Below, in pieces: positions 27,243-40,010 of a stretch of DNA of 64,000 nt (positions are counted from its first letter, which is position 1; the number at the start of each line of letters is the position of its first letter). This DNA comes from Macrostomum lignano (Eukaryota), in assembly GCA_002269645.1 (NCBI GenBank), contig NIVC01002893.1, forward strand, positions 34,011-98,010. The letters run 5' to 3'. Below the pieces are notes generated by a model. That model was not told the origin of the DNA, searched no databases, and saw nothing but the letters and a program-made list of their open reading frames with translations. A program made the translations under genes and the position numbers.

Positions 27243-29203
27243 CTAGGCCTAGTATTCCCTAAATAAATTGTCAATGCTAAAAATAAAATATAAGACAAAA
27301 ATAAAACAATAGGCCTAATTCAAAAAATTAAATGGGCCCTACAAGTTTTTTAATTTCAACAATTCTATTCTAGGTAAGGCCTAACATGAACATTGAACAA
27401 TATAAAATTTAAGGTATCCTAATAAAGATTGCATCACAATAAGTTGAAAACACTGTGCCAAGTTGAAAGACAGAAATTGCGTAACCATAGGCTTATTTTT
27501 AGACAGGCCTAATTTGATAAACCTAGAAGTAGGGGTAGGCTTAGAGGCCTAGTGCAAGTTTTCATTATAAAATTAAACCCCTGGGGTAATTAGACCCAAT
27601 TAAACATAGGGCCTAGGCCTAGACCTAGCTATAGTAGGGGGCTATAGCCACCAAAAAAGCAGAAAAACAGATACACCCTGTCTGACTTGCTATGAGATAT
27701 GAATAGGCCCTAGTACTACATCTAGGCCTCAACTTGCCAGTTATATTAGGCCTACCACTACCACCTGGGGTTTTTTGTATAGATAGGCCCCCCTAGGGCT
27801 TATTTTCAATGTTGAATTTGACAAGTTTTTAAACGCGTCAGACGTTGGATTGGGTTAGAAAGACTCGGAATCAGAGTGGTTTTTGACATCCAGTCCTGGA
27901 TCGATGGACCAACTAGCAATTGCCAATCGGCAATCGCCAATATTAATAGCATCAGCCATCAGTGAAAAGTGCAGGCGCAGCCAACATCTCTAGAGCCTAG
28001 GGCCTAGCCTAGAATATACACTGCTAAGCCTGTATGATGCACATAAGTTAGCTACCATTTTTATTTGTATTTGTACACTGATGACCCTTGGGGCCTGACG
28101 TCAACGACGACGTAACAAGTTACAAATCTAGAGAAAAAAGATCAAATTAATTGCATACTCGAATCTGACAATTTAACTTTTGACAAATTATGTCAGTTGT
28201 GTTTTTAGAATTATACTGCAAGATAATATGATACACATTTATTTATTTTATGTCTGTATTTATTGATAATAATTATTTTATATATTGTCTACATATTGCA
28301 ATAGGTATTTATTTATTAAAGCGCAGGAGTCTATTTCTAAGAACTTAATGCTATTCAAATGCGTCCAAATTACAATAGTAAACTTAATTAATATATCAAA
28401 ACACATCTTCAAGACATTGTGGGATTGTGCATTTGTGTAGGCCTAATGTTTTCTTGTGGTAAATGTGGATGCTAATGTAATGTTAGACCTGAAAGTTCTG
28501 TTTCCCAAGTGTACACCAAGGCTCTTAGTGAAGAGTAAAAACAGGCCTATGGTTATGGTAGAATTTTCTGATATAAAACCATATATTGTAGTTCTAAACT
28601 ATGGTTTATACTTTATAGGCCTTGAGAAGATAGAAAGCCTTGTGGTTGTGAGCTATTAGGATGGTCTTGTTAAGTAAATATACAAGATAGGCCTAATCTA
28701 ATTCTTGACAAGTGATAAGAAAGAGTAGGCCTACCAGTGGTTCAACTTTAGCAGTTTTAGCCTAGTTTATTATATGCCTGTCATTGATTGATATTTTAGG
28801 GTTTTCCATAAAAGCTATCTAGGCCTAGTCAATGTTCCTGATATTCTTTTTTACACAATGTTTATTTTAGTTTAGGGCAATATGCTTTTAACTCTAACAA
28901 TATCAAAGTAAATAGGCCTATAGTGGTTTACAAATAAATATTCCTTTTTATCTTATATTTTCTAGTCCTAGCCAAGCCATCTATAGTTCAGCTTGTGTAT
29001 TAGACCTAGTGTATGCCAGGTTTAATGCCAGAAAAAATGACAAGATCTCATTTGTATGTTGGGTAGATTTGTGTACCAATATAAAAATTGTCATTCGACA
29101 ATGTATATACTGTAATATATGCTGAGACATACTCTGATAGGCCTAGGCTATGCTAAAAAATGATAAGACCCTTGTGGTATGCTGGGAAATCCCAGCATAC
29201 ATA

Positions 29204-31024
29204 CCTATAGGAAAAAGTTGTAAAACCGCGGACGGTGTCCGGCGCACTTTTGAAATTTTTCTAAAGCGCAGCGCGCGCACAGGCGCAGCGCCTGCGCGCG
29301 CTGCCCTTTCTTACTGGCTGCTGCTCTAGCAAATACATATACATGGAAATGGGTATAATACCTCTGTTGAAGGGGCTTATACACTCGTAATTTATTAAGC
29401 CTAGAGATGTTCCGCAAATTCAATTTCAATTTTCCAAAATTTGAAATTTTTTAGAGCGAATTTCAATTTCGAAATAAAATTTAGAAGTGAAAATTTTAGT
29501 AGTGTCTAAAAAGTCGCTAAAAATAAACTACTTTCTACTACATATACATGTATTACTTTTTGCTTAAGCAGTAAATTGAAAGTAAAAAAGTGAGTGTTGA
29601 TCATACTAAACTTTGTTTTTCTGAATTATGATTTCGGGAAATTTCAATTTTGAGGGTGTGTATAAAAGCTGGCACTGGCACATTGGACACATTGGACACC
29701 CCTTTTTATAACAAAATTAGATATGAAAATGCAAAATAAACTTGCGGAGATACTTTTAAATAATTTAAAAAATTGATAATAATAGAAATGACATCCTTGC
29801 TTTCGTGATAGATGATTTGTTAAATATTCTTTGTATCATCGATTTTTGTACATGTTTAATTTGGCATTCGATTTTTTAAAATAATCGCACATGCAAAAAC
29901 TGCAGCTTGCAATGCTATTACACTGTGATTTTACTACCCCGAAGGTTCTGTACTACAGGCGTACCGATTTAATGCTAAATATGCCTGATATATGAAATGA
30001 TCAAACTAATAGTCAGAACTCAATTTTCCATAAAATGATGAAGCATTCTGCTCTTATCAAAAAACCACAACTTATTTTGTTAGGATTACTTCATGAAGAA
30101 CGAACTTTGGATATTCCAAATTGCAAGTATTTCTATATTAAAAAAGTTAATACATTGGCAGATTATTTGATGAAAAAATTGCACCCAAAAAGTTTTTTTT
30201 TACTTTGTAAGATGATGATTAAATTAATAATTTCCAAGCTTCTTCTTTTATTAGTTCAATTACTTTTTGTATGATTTCAACCAACAAAAAAAGGAATAGC
30301 TACTCAGTGAAAGTTCAAATTACAGTCTCTTCTCTATATACAATCCTTTTAAGAAAACATTATTATGAATAATTTGCCAAGTCATGATATTTAAGAAATT
30401 GTGCTAATCATTTAAATTATGAGTTAAAAAATGCTAGCATATAAGTAAAAAATCTACCTCACAGACCAAGAAGTCTTTTTACTGAAAGTTTATATGTGAC
30501 GCTTTGAAAAAACAACATATAAACCATCTTCACATAACATTTATTGTCATTTATTTCAGACCTAAATCCTTTAGCACATAAATATTCTGCACGTATGTTG
30601 CAGGGTATACTTCCTTCTTCTAAAATCCTACAAATGCCACAAAGTTTTAATAGGCAAATTTATTCGTATTGTTTATATTAATATTTCTATATTTATGAGA
30701 AGTTTTCCAATAAGAACAAGTTCCCAATCAGTAAAACACTATATTTTAATTCTAATGTCCAAAATTATGGCATTCTAAGGGACCAAGTGATAGGTTTTAA
30801 GCTACTATTAGCACCTGCACCTCCGAAACCTCTCGATGAGAATCACCCGGTGCGGGGCGTGTTTTAGGGAGACCCCAATTTTGATTTTGGAAAGTTAGCG
30901 AATTTTGATTTCGACGAAACTGCAGATCTTTCGGAACATCTCTAATAATCCTAAAGCGCGGTAAAATAGTTTGACTCTTTTCTAAAGCGCGCGTCCGCGG
31001 GTTTTTAACATTTATTCCAATAGG
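29204..31024. mobile_element. ~1.8-kb TIR element, superfamily unassigned
   Basis: Left CCTATAGGAAAAAGTTGTAAAACCGCGGACG vs right CGTCCGCGGGTTTTTAACATTTATTCCAATAGG. A second inverted match is GATGTTCCG (about 29406) / CGGAACATC (about 30932). No ORF; TSD not resolved. Confidence 0.55.
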
Positions 31025-31173
31025 GCGGCATACATGTCGGCTTCCAAACTATGGCTAGCCACTAAGTAGGGAATACAAAATCCCAAGTTGTGCCAATCCT
31101 ATGGCTATGATTCTTGGGAATCTAGGATTGAGATAGGGCCTATTCTAGACTTAAAAAATCTTACGTCTATACT

Positions 31174-31471
31174 CATACATGTGCAACCTCCAAAACTCGG
31201 TCAGCCGTGCGACTTAGTTTTAACAAAAATGCGACGTAGTTTTTGGCCAAAAATGCGACTTACATATAAAAAAACCCGAAAGCAAAATTAACGCAACTTT
31301 GGGTAAACGGCAGGAGTAACTATGACTGTTTTATTAAGCTAAAATGCCTCGTCAGCTACTTAGTACTACTCTACAGGTTATTTTTTGGGTGGGCATTTTT
31401 GCGACTTCCTTGATTGGCCGCCAAATCGGTCGGCCGGATCGGCCGACTCGGCCGACTGTTGCGCATGTATG
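31174..31471 (+). mobile_element. hAT-type MITE, copy 1
   Basis: TIR CATACATGTGCAAC / GTTGCGCATGTATG. Perfect 8-bp TSD TCTATACT at 31166-31173 and 31472-31479. Confidence 0.9.
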
Positions 31472-31864
31472 TCTATACTCCTAGTACCAGAACCAGTACC
31501 AGAACTAGTACCAAAAAATAAAATACAAAATATAAATAAAAAACGATAATAACCAAGAAAAATGTCTAAAATAGTAAAAAATCAACTCTAGCAATTATTA
31601 TAAGCATTACCACAGCGTTCAACATATTTCGTTTCAGTGAATTATATTACAGCATAACTTAATGCCTAATAAAATGCCTATTTAAAAACTAAAAGTAAAA
31701 CACCAAAATTAAACATTCTAGCTAATAAAACCTTAAAACAAATATAAATAAAACTAAAAAACCTATCAACAATTGTTGGTAATGCCACAGATACAATATA
31801 AATATACCAAAAAACTGTACATGTAAGGGCTATGTTCAATTAATGTAAATTTTAACACAAAAAT

Positions 31865-32330
31865 TACTTTAGTATACTTTGGCAGGAACCATTGTGAGTA
31901 CAAAGTTGAAAACGGATATCTGGAAGGAAACATTATCAATCTAAAAGCCTACAAGACGCCAAGGCTCCATCTGTTCCCTACTCAAACTTACAGACTCCCA
32001 AGTCTCCCCTGCTCAGTACACTCAGCTGCAGAAAGTACTTTAGTGTACTTCAACAGGAACTATTGTGAGTACAAAGCTGAAAAATGAGATCTGGAATGAA
32101 ACATTATCAATCTAGAACCCGGCAAGACGCCAAGGCTCCATCTGTTCCATACTCAAGCTTACAGACTCCCAAGTCCCCCCTGCTCAGTACACTAAGCTGC
32201 AGAAAGTACTTTAGTATACTTCGGCAGGAACCATTGTGAGTACAAAGCTGAAAACTGAGATCTAGAAGGAAACATTATCAATCTAGAAGCCTAAAAGATG
32301 CCAAGGCTCTATCTGTTCAAGGCTCCTGTT
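31865..32330. repeat. 171-bp tandem repeat, about 2.7 copies
   Basis: Units start at 31865, 32036 and 32207 (TACTTTAGT.TACTT...CTGCAGAAAG). Confidence 0.9.
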
Positions 32331-33124
32331 CAAGGCTCCATCAGCCCTAGTATTAAAGCAGAAAAATATAAAAAAAAGTTTATTTTTGAATGTAAATTTC
32401 AAGCTTTCTAGGTTTTATAAGCTCATAATTTAAGGCATTTAAACAATTCTTTGCATGTATCATTTTTTGCTATAAATAATATTGCTAAAGAATAGGCTTA
32501 AAAATCTACCAAATTATTTGCCAAAAAGGTTCTCTTACACAATTCAAAAAACTTCATTTATTGCTGCAATACTGCCATACTAGCATAGCTTTGGGAATGG
32601 GTGTCCTTGCAATTTTTTGTCATGCATTTGCAATTATTTAATTTTTATTTGGGTAGGCCCTATGCACTGTATGCACTCAACATGATCTGGACAATGGCAA
32701 ACCATTTGGTCAACAAACCAGTTTTGATAAAAAAGGCCTATATATATGGACTTTTTTGGCTACAATGATGACTATAATAAAAAATTTGTGTAAAGTATAA
32801 ATACAATATATTATATGCCCAATGCCATGGTACCAATGATGGCAATGCCTATGCCTATGGCTATAGCCTATAGTTCTTCAGCAGCTCAGCTTAGTGAAGT
32901 CCTTAGTGACATAGGCAAAAACCATAAAAATTAAAATTAACTAATAAGTAAACTAGTTATGATACAAATAACATCTTTTCAAATACCTAACCAATTATTA
33001 CAAGAAAATTTATACATATTTTTATTTTCTATCCTATAAACAAGGTACCATACTAGTAACTAGGCCCGCTAATTATAGACGAATCTTGTCTTTAATTTTG
33101 TATCGAATTCTGAATCGATTGTGA

Positions 33125-33595
33125 CGGTCACTGGTCAGATCGTCATATTCCATTTCGTCCTATCGGATGACGAAGTGACCAGAAGCAAAGTAGCTTGAAA
33201 AATAATTTGACGAAGTGACCAAATATTTAGTTATGCTGGATAGGCCTACTTCGTCATCAACCAATGAATCTGTGCGTGATTCGAGTTAGTGTAAAATATT
33301 TCTTGTTTAATAACTATAAGCTGCGGCAAGCAGAACCGATCGATCGACAGGTTTTATCAATCGAGATGACAAAATGACTGGGATCATAAGGATTCCAATT
33401 TCCAAGTAAATATGTTTGATTGCCACAATAATTTACTTGAAGTTGGAACTAATATGATTGGTGGATGACGAAATGACTCTCTTCAGGTAGTGCATGTTAA
33501 TTAAGATGACAAAGTGACCGTAGTCAAGGTGAGCACCCCAGACACCCAGATGACGAAATGGCAGATACGAAATGACTAGGAACCTTTGTGACTAA
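33125..33595. mobile_element. old MITE with repeated GACGAAATGAC/GACGAAGTGACC motifs
   Basis: Imperfect ~33-bp TIRs (GGTCACTGGTCA...CCATTTCGTC vs GACGAAATGG...TGACTAGGAACC) with internal motif copies. Confidence 0.5.
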
Positions 33596-34869
33596 ATTTT
33601 AGTTTCATTTCTAACAATTAAACAAAGTTAAAAGTTTTGCCTTTTATAACAAGTACTAAGCATTCACTTATTAACATTGTCGTTGAATATTCTGCAATCA
33701 TTATATAAGAAAATATTCTAAAATTTAAATTTCTGTTTATCTACAATGGTATTTTTAGTTCTAACAACAGTAGAACCTAGAATTGGTTTTTAACTTATTC
33801 TCTCTTGATAATTTATTAACGATCGTTTGTGTGTGTGAAAGTAGGGCCTAGGTAATGGCTACACGAAAAGTGCAGTGTTGTGTTTGGCATGTATCAAAAT
33901 CTAATATAGTAAATTAACTTTGCACAAATAGTTAATTAATCTTACAATTAAAAAGCTAAAGCTGTCAACAACAAAGACAAATTACATATTTAGTCCCTTT
34001 TTTAAAAATCACTTAAGATATTTTAAAAAGATATTCTCTTGGCCTTATGGCCTATAGCCATAGGTCATAGCCATAGGAATGCAAAACTTACATTTTTTTT
34101 TTACTTTTACGCTATCAATTTTCACAAAACTTTTATTTATTATAAAATGCCAATGCCATGTCAATACTATTGCTAAACTCGTGCTCAGAAATAACAAATA
34201 GGCCTAGCGCCTAGTTTTATTTTTAAGCTTTTCTTTGACTTTGTGGCATAAGTTCCATGATCCATGACTTATATCATCACTTATATCCTTTTTATATTAC
34301 CAATTCCAGAACTAGAATTGGTTCAAAGCTTTTCATTTGGCTGTTCCATTTTTAGAATCAGTTCTAGAACTGTGAATCGGCATCAGTTTATTAAATGGAA
34401 TACTTATAGGCACAGCGGTCGTGTCTATAATATTTGAGCTTATGGCATGGCAATAATCATTGATATAAAACGTGTGTTCTATAGGGCTATCTCACAAGCA
34501 ATTAGTGGCTCAGTGGATATGTCGATTGCCTTGTGATTTTGAATCCCCAATGCTTGGAGATTTTTTAATTTGAAATTTTTTAGCAAATAGAAATTTTTTG
34601 CCTTGAATGTTTTCAGGTTTTTAAATAAAATAAAATAGTAAATAAAAATAAATTAAAATAATTTTTTAACAAGAGTAACACTTAATCTTAAAGTGCGGCC
34701 AATATGTATCGAAAGAATATTTCTTTTTCATATATAATTGCGGCTGCACTTTTTTAAGATTTTGTGGTAATCTTAAAAAATTAAATTTAATTTAATTTTC
34801 AAAAACCTTCAAGTTAAAAAACTCCCCGACAACAACTTTTCTCTTTTTTCATCCAATCAATGATTGTAT

Positions 34870-35225
34870 ACATGGCAGCCGTGCCTTTAAGCTCCAATAT
34901 TAGAGACATGGCCACCCACCATGCCTCTAAGTGTGAACCCAGTCAATATTAATGACACGGCCACCCACAGTGCCTCTAAGTGTGAACCCATTCAATATTA
35001 ACGATACGGCTGGGCCGTGCAAGTTTTGACATGGCAACCATGTCTCTAATAGTGACTAGGTCTATACTTATAGACATGGCAGCCGTGTCTATAATGCAGA
35101 ATCTTAGAGACATGGCGCCATGGCGGCCGTGTCTATAAGTATGGACCTAGTCATTATTAGAGACCCAGCCGCTGTGTCTATAAGTTTTTGCATTATAGAC
35201 ACGGTCGCCATGTCTATAAGTGTGG
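34870..35225. repeat. degenerate array of GACATGGCAGCCGTGTCTATAA-like motifs
   Basis: About 8 diverged copies visible. Confidence 0.65.
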
Positions 35226-35699
35226 CGTTTATAAAAAGCAAAAGCTAGGCCTTATCTAGTCAGATTTTAAAGAGCTTTCAATAATTAAAGTAGAACAAAA
35301 AAGTTCCATATTGACAATGAGAAACTAACAATGAGTTCCATATTGATATCCCTAACCATAACCCCAATCCTAACTCCAACCTTAACTATCAAAAATGTCA
35401 GAATTTTCAGTAAGCTATACAACTTACTTTTTGACCAAAAAAGTGATTTATCTATAGATTTTAAAGTTGGTTTTGTTTTGCAATTGCTTATATTGTATTA
35501 TATTGTATTGCTTATATTGTAATAGCAATGCAATTGCTACAACTTAAACCCAAGTTAAACCTTGGGTTATAGTCAAAAAGCAAAGTCCCATTGTTCTAAT
35601 CCCAACTATGGCCAAAGAGTTTTGAAGGTAGAGACTACTTAAGTAATTCTACTAATCAATTCTTAGTGCTCCATTTTAAAAGACTCCAAGGTTCCTAAA

Positions 35700-35975
35700 C
35701 ATACATGCGCAACCCCCTGATTTACACTGGCCATGTGACTTACTTTTTGAACAAAAATGCAACTTACCTATAAAAGTAACCCTAAAGTAAAATTAACACA
35801 ATTTTGGGTAAACAGCAGGAGTAACTATAACTGTCTTTTAAGGGCTAAATGCCTCATCATCTAATTAGTACTATGTCTGTATTCTTTGGGGTGGGCATTT
35901 TTGCAACTTACCCCTGGTCTACCACAATTTACAGTAGCCGGATCGGCCAGATTGGCCAGCAGTTGTGCATGTATG
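35700..35975 (+). mobile_element. hAT-type MITE, copy 2 (most decayed)
   Basis: TIR CATACATGCGCAAC / GTTGTGCATGTATG. TSD TTCCTAAA / TTACTAAA (1 mismatch). Colinear with copy 1. Confidence 0.85.
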
Positions 35976-36429
35976 TTACTAAAGCCCCAAAGCCTCTTAA
36001 AGCCTTATTACTCAATCTAAGCACAATATGCTTAAAACTGCTCATGTATCCTTGCCTTTCTTTAAGAAGTGATATGTTATCCCATCCTAAATTTCTTCTT
36101 TCATTTATGAGTCACAATCCAACAACCCCTAAAACTCTTAACTCTGTAAATGCAAACTTCTTAGTCCTTAATCCTCTAATTCCTTTTTATCCCTAATTTC
36201 TTCCTTTCATTTATGAGCCATAAAGACCAATATTCAACTCTTGATTTGCTCCAAATCTTTACCCTACATTAAAGTAATTACTCAGTATTTAGATTGTCAG
36301 CTTTCTAATTCCAATTCAAATTGAATAACTGATCAATTCAATTTGATGCTTATATTTTGGAATCTGTGTCTTATCTTTATTATAAATGTTACTTTTTAAG
36401 AATGAATGATTAAATCATTGCAAAGTGGG

Positions 36430-36605
36430 ATTGGGATCAATAGTAAATCCTAGGATTTTCTAATCCTAGACAATTGTGATCCTAGGATTTAGGCCTAATC
36501 AAAATCCTAGGATTTTCTAATCCTAGACAATTGTGATCCTAGGATTTAGGCCTAATCAAAATCCTAGAATTTAGAATCCTAGGATTATAGAATCTTGGGA
36601 TCTCT
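36430..36605. repeat. tandem duplication of a ~57-bp CCTAGGAT-rich unit
   Basis: TCCTAGGATTTTCTAATCCTAGACAATTGTGATCCTAGGATTTAGGCCTAATCAAAA occurs twice, plus a partial copy. Confidence 0.8.
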
Positions 36606-36819
36606 AGATTATATTCCTTTGTCCCAGGCTATAGGAAATAAAGTTATAACAAGGGCTTCTATCTATTGTTTATTGTTAAAAGTAAGAATAAGTTCTACTT
36701 CTATCTATGCTACAAAGCTGAGTGATATAGATATAACAAAAGTCAAAAGAGTTCTTTGCCTTTGCTTTTGAAGGTATTATTGCTCTACATGTAATAAAAG
36801 GTGCTCAATAATGAATTGC

Positions 36820-37092
36820 CATACATGCGCAACAGTCGGCCAAGTCAGCCAATCTGGATGACCGATTTGGCGGCCAACCAAGGTAAGTTGCAAAAATGCC
36901 CACCCCAAAGAATACGGACGTAGTACTAATTAGCTGACGAGGCATTTAGCCCTAATAAGACAGTCATAGCTACTCCTACCGTTAACCCAAAATTGCGTTA
37001 ATTTTGCTTTAGGGTTTCTTTCATAGGTAAGTCACATTTTTGTTAAAACTAAGTCACATGGCTGACCGAATTTTGGAGGTTGCACATGTATG
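36820..37092 (-). mobile_element. hAT-type MITE, copy 3 (inverted)
   Basis: Reverse complement of copy 1. Perfect 8-bp TSD TGAATTGC at 36812-36819 and 37093-37100. Confidence 0.9.
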
Positions 37093-37769
37093 TGAATTGC
37101 TATAATTGACTATCACTATTTGATTTGGACTTGGACAATTGGACTACCAATCAATTTGAATTCTAATAAAATGATAGGCTAGGTTTTTTGCCAAAGACAG
37201 TACAAAATTATACTTTGTATCTATTTAAAGGCAAAATTTTAAAGCTCAATTTCTTTTACCTAAATCACTAGGAATATAGACACATTTACACATTTTCTTC
37301 TATCTAAAGTATGCCTTGACCTCTTGTCTCATTTTCCAGATCTTATTTTAAGGCAGTGCAAATGAAAGCAATTTTATTTTTAGCCATCTTTTTATCAGTG
37401 TATTTTAATGGATGACTGCTTTTTTAATTAGATGATTTTTTATCAATTAACCTTTTTTTGTTTAATAGATAATGGATTGATAGGTTGTTAAAAATATAAA
37501 CAAAATAAGTGGTAAGATGTATGGGAATTATTATTTTAGATATGCTTATATTTGTCGAAGTGGTTAATAGTTTCTAGGAATATAGCAGTTTGAATCTGCG
37601 CTAATAATTTGTTTTACTCTACAAAATATTCTATAAATTCCATATATTCTATATATTCTCAATATTTGATGTTTGTTAAAAATATACACATTCAAATAGT
37701 ATAAATAGGAGCAGGCTGAGAGGAAGAAGAGATAACTCGTTCAATAGCTATAAGCTCAAAACGTGTTCA

Positions 37770-40010
37770 ATACTTATTCTCAGATCATTGCTTATTTTAA
37801 GAGGTATTAAGAGTTGGGAATCAGGGATTCATGCAAAGAGAAGTACTAAGAGTAATCACTGTGACCCTCTAATCTCAATAACGCCCAGACTAGAAAGAGA
37901 AAGTACATATACCAGTAAGACCGCTCAGGCCATATGCTAAGAACGCTACCAGACTAATACATAAGACGCTACCAGACTGATACATAAGACGCTACCAGAC
38001 TGATACATAAGACGCTACCAGACTAATACATAAAAACGCTACCAGTATATTCAAATGAAATTCTAAGAAATAGTTAGAAATACCAAAGGCAGAATTTAGT
38101 GTCAGCAGTAGAATTAGTGAGATATTATTAAGAAGGAAGAATCAGCCCTGTTACAACTTTGGTGTCAGTGGCTAAGAATTCTAGACAGAGGAATCACCCT
38201 TGTAATAACTTGGTGGCACAATGGTGGAATTTTTATAGAGAGCCAAAAGGCCTGTGACAACTTTGGTGTCAGCAGAGGGATAATTTGTAGGGACAGAAGT
38301 AAGCCCTGCTACATATTTCTAATAATAGTTTTTAATTATCACTTATTAAAAAATAAGTCTAATATCTTATTACTAATCTCATTTTAATTTCATAGCACTG
38401 ATATTATATTTAATATTTTGTAGTAGACAAAATGACTATGACTATATCATATTTTTGCAACTAAATGACTATCAGATAAACTGACAGCAGATAAAATGAC
38501 TTAACTATTTGAATAGCTATTATATTCTAAAAGATAGGTTTGAATTCATAGATTGTTAAATGTTTTGTATTAGTATCCTTAGTTCTAGTATACAAGTGCT
38601 TTTTAGTCTTCTAGTGATGCTTTGCTCTGGTCAGAGAAATGCTCTAGTCAACAAAGTAGTTGAAATGATAAATGACATATAAATGAAGCATAAGGTAATA
38701 CTTGACTTAAATTATTTGACAAAAACTACCAATAACCTTAGAGAAAAACACTGGAATATGCTATTGAAAAAAAGTTGTAGAATAATTTAAAAGTTTTGTT
38801 TTTAAAAATAAGTGAAGATTGAATAAAGAAAGGAAATTTAAGGACATTAAAGAATGATTTACTAATATCAATATAATCAGTTATTGCAAGGCTTCTATTT
38901 CAAAGCCACCAAAGTTATTATAGTAGTTCTTTATTTGTCCTTTTAAAATTTTCTATTGTTGCTACCAAAATTGTTATAGAGCTGACTTAATTTCAAATCT
39001 TGTCATTGCTAGTAAGTTATACTGAATGTTATGATTCTTTTTTAAGTTATTTTAATAAAGGTCACTAATTTATAACAAGACTATAATATATTTACTGGCT
39101 TTTAACCTAAGCTCCCAAGAGTAACGCTGAGCATAATTATTAGAATAAGTGTGAAAAAAATTTGACTATATGCCTAAGTATTTCTTACTTCTTAGTCACA
39201 CCTATTGCTGTTTGTAGCATTTTTATTATATCAATTGGTCTATGGAATTTCTGGAATTTCTGTGTAGAATTTCTTTCAAAGAATAACTCTTTAAAAATCT
39301 CTTAGTAGCTCGTAGTTATCTAGGTATTCAACTATCCAGTCCTTAGGCTTTACTAAGATTTGAAGACTGGTCATAACCTTATTATATATACAGTGTTTGT
39401 ATTTTTAAGATTTTCTTCATTTTACTTTGATCTCTTTAGTATTCTACTTATTAATAGTATATATAGTATGTTTTTCTTTTACTTTACTCAGAAACATTTA
39501 TTGTTATTAAACAATTCTCAATCTTTATTTTTAACACACTTCAAACTAGACCAGGCCTTTCAATAAGCAATTACAAAGTTAGTGTTGTAGGGCTTACTTA
39601 TGTCCTCCAACTATCCCACTAATTGCCACCAAAGTTGTAACAGGGGTTTTCCTCTATCTGTTTATAAATCTCCTACAAGCTGTCTCCTATATCCTGATTG
39701 AACCTCTATTATAATATTTCTTAGCTGTTTCTTAAAATTTCATTCGAATATTTCTGGGTAGCATTCTTAGTAGCATTTCTAGTAGCATTCTGGTAGCATT
39801 TCTAATAGCATTCTGGTAGCCGATGGCCTGAGCGATCTAGTGCTGGTACATGTATTAGTAAATAGTCCTAATCGGGTGTCTACCGAGACTAGAGGGTCAC
39901 GGCGCCTCTCTTTGTATATCTCCAAGAATTAGACCCAATTCCCTCTCTTAGCAAATTTCTTAGAATCGTTTCTTAGTCTTTTTAAAATGAATAAGTCGCT
40001 ATTAAACTCC
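37770..40010. mobile_element. old ~2.2-kb element with long (~450-550 bp) diverged inverted arms (Mutator/foldback-like)
   Basis: 37860-38320 matches the reverse complement of 39580-39900, e.g. GTGACCCTCTA.TCTC, CGCTCAGGCCAT, CCCTGTTACAACTTTGGTG and AGTAAGCCCT. Confidence 0.65.

Noticed and set aside
34503-34548. A box TGGCTCAGTGG plus degenerate B box, possible tRNA
   Set aside because: Spacing is too short and the stems do not pair; a decayed SINE head at best.
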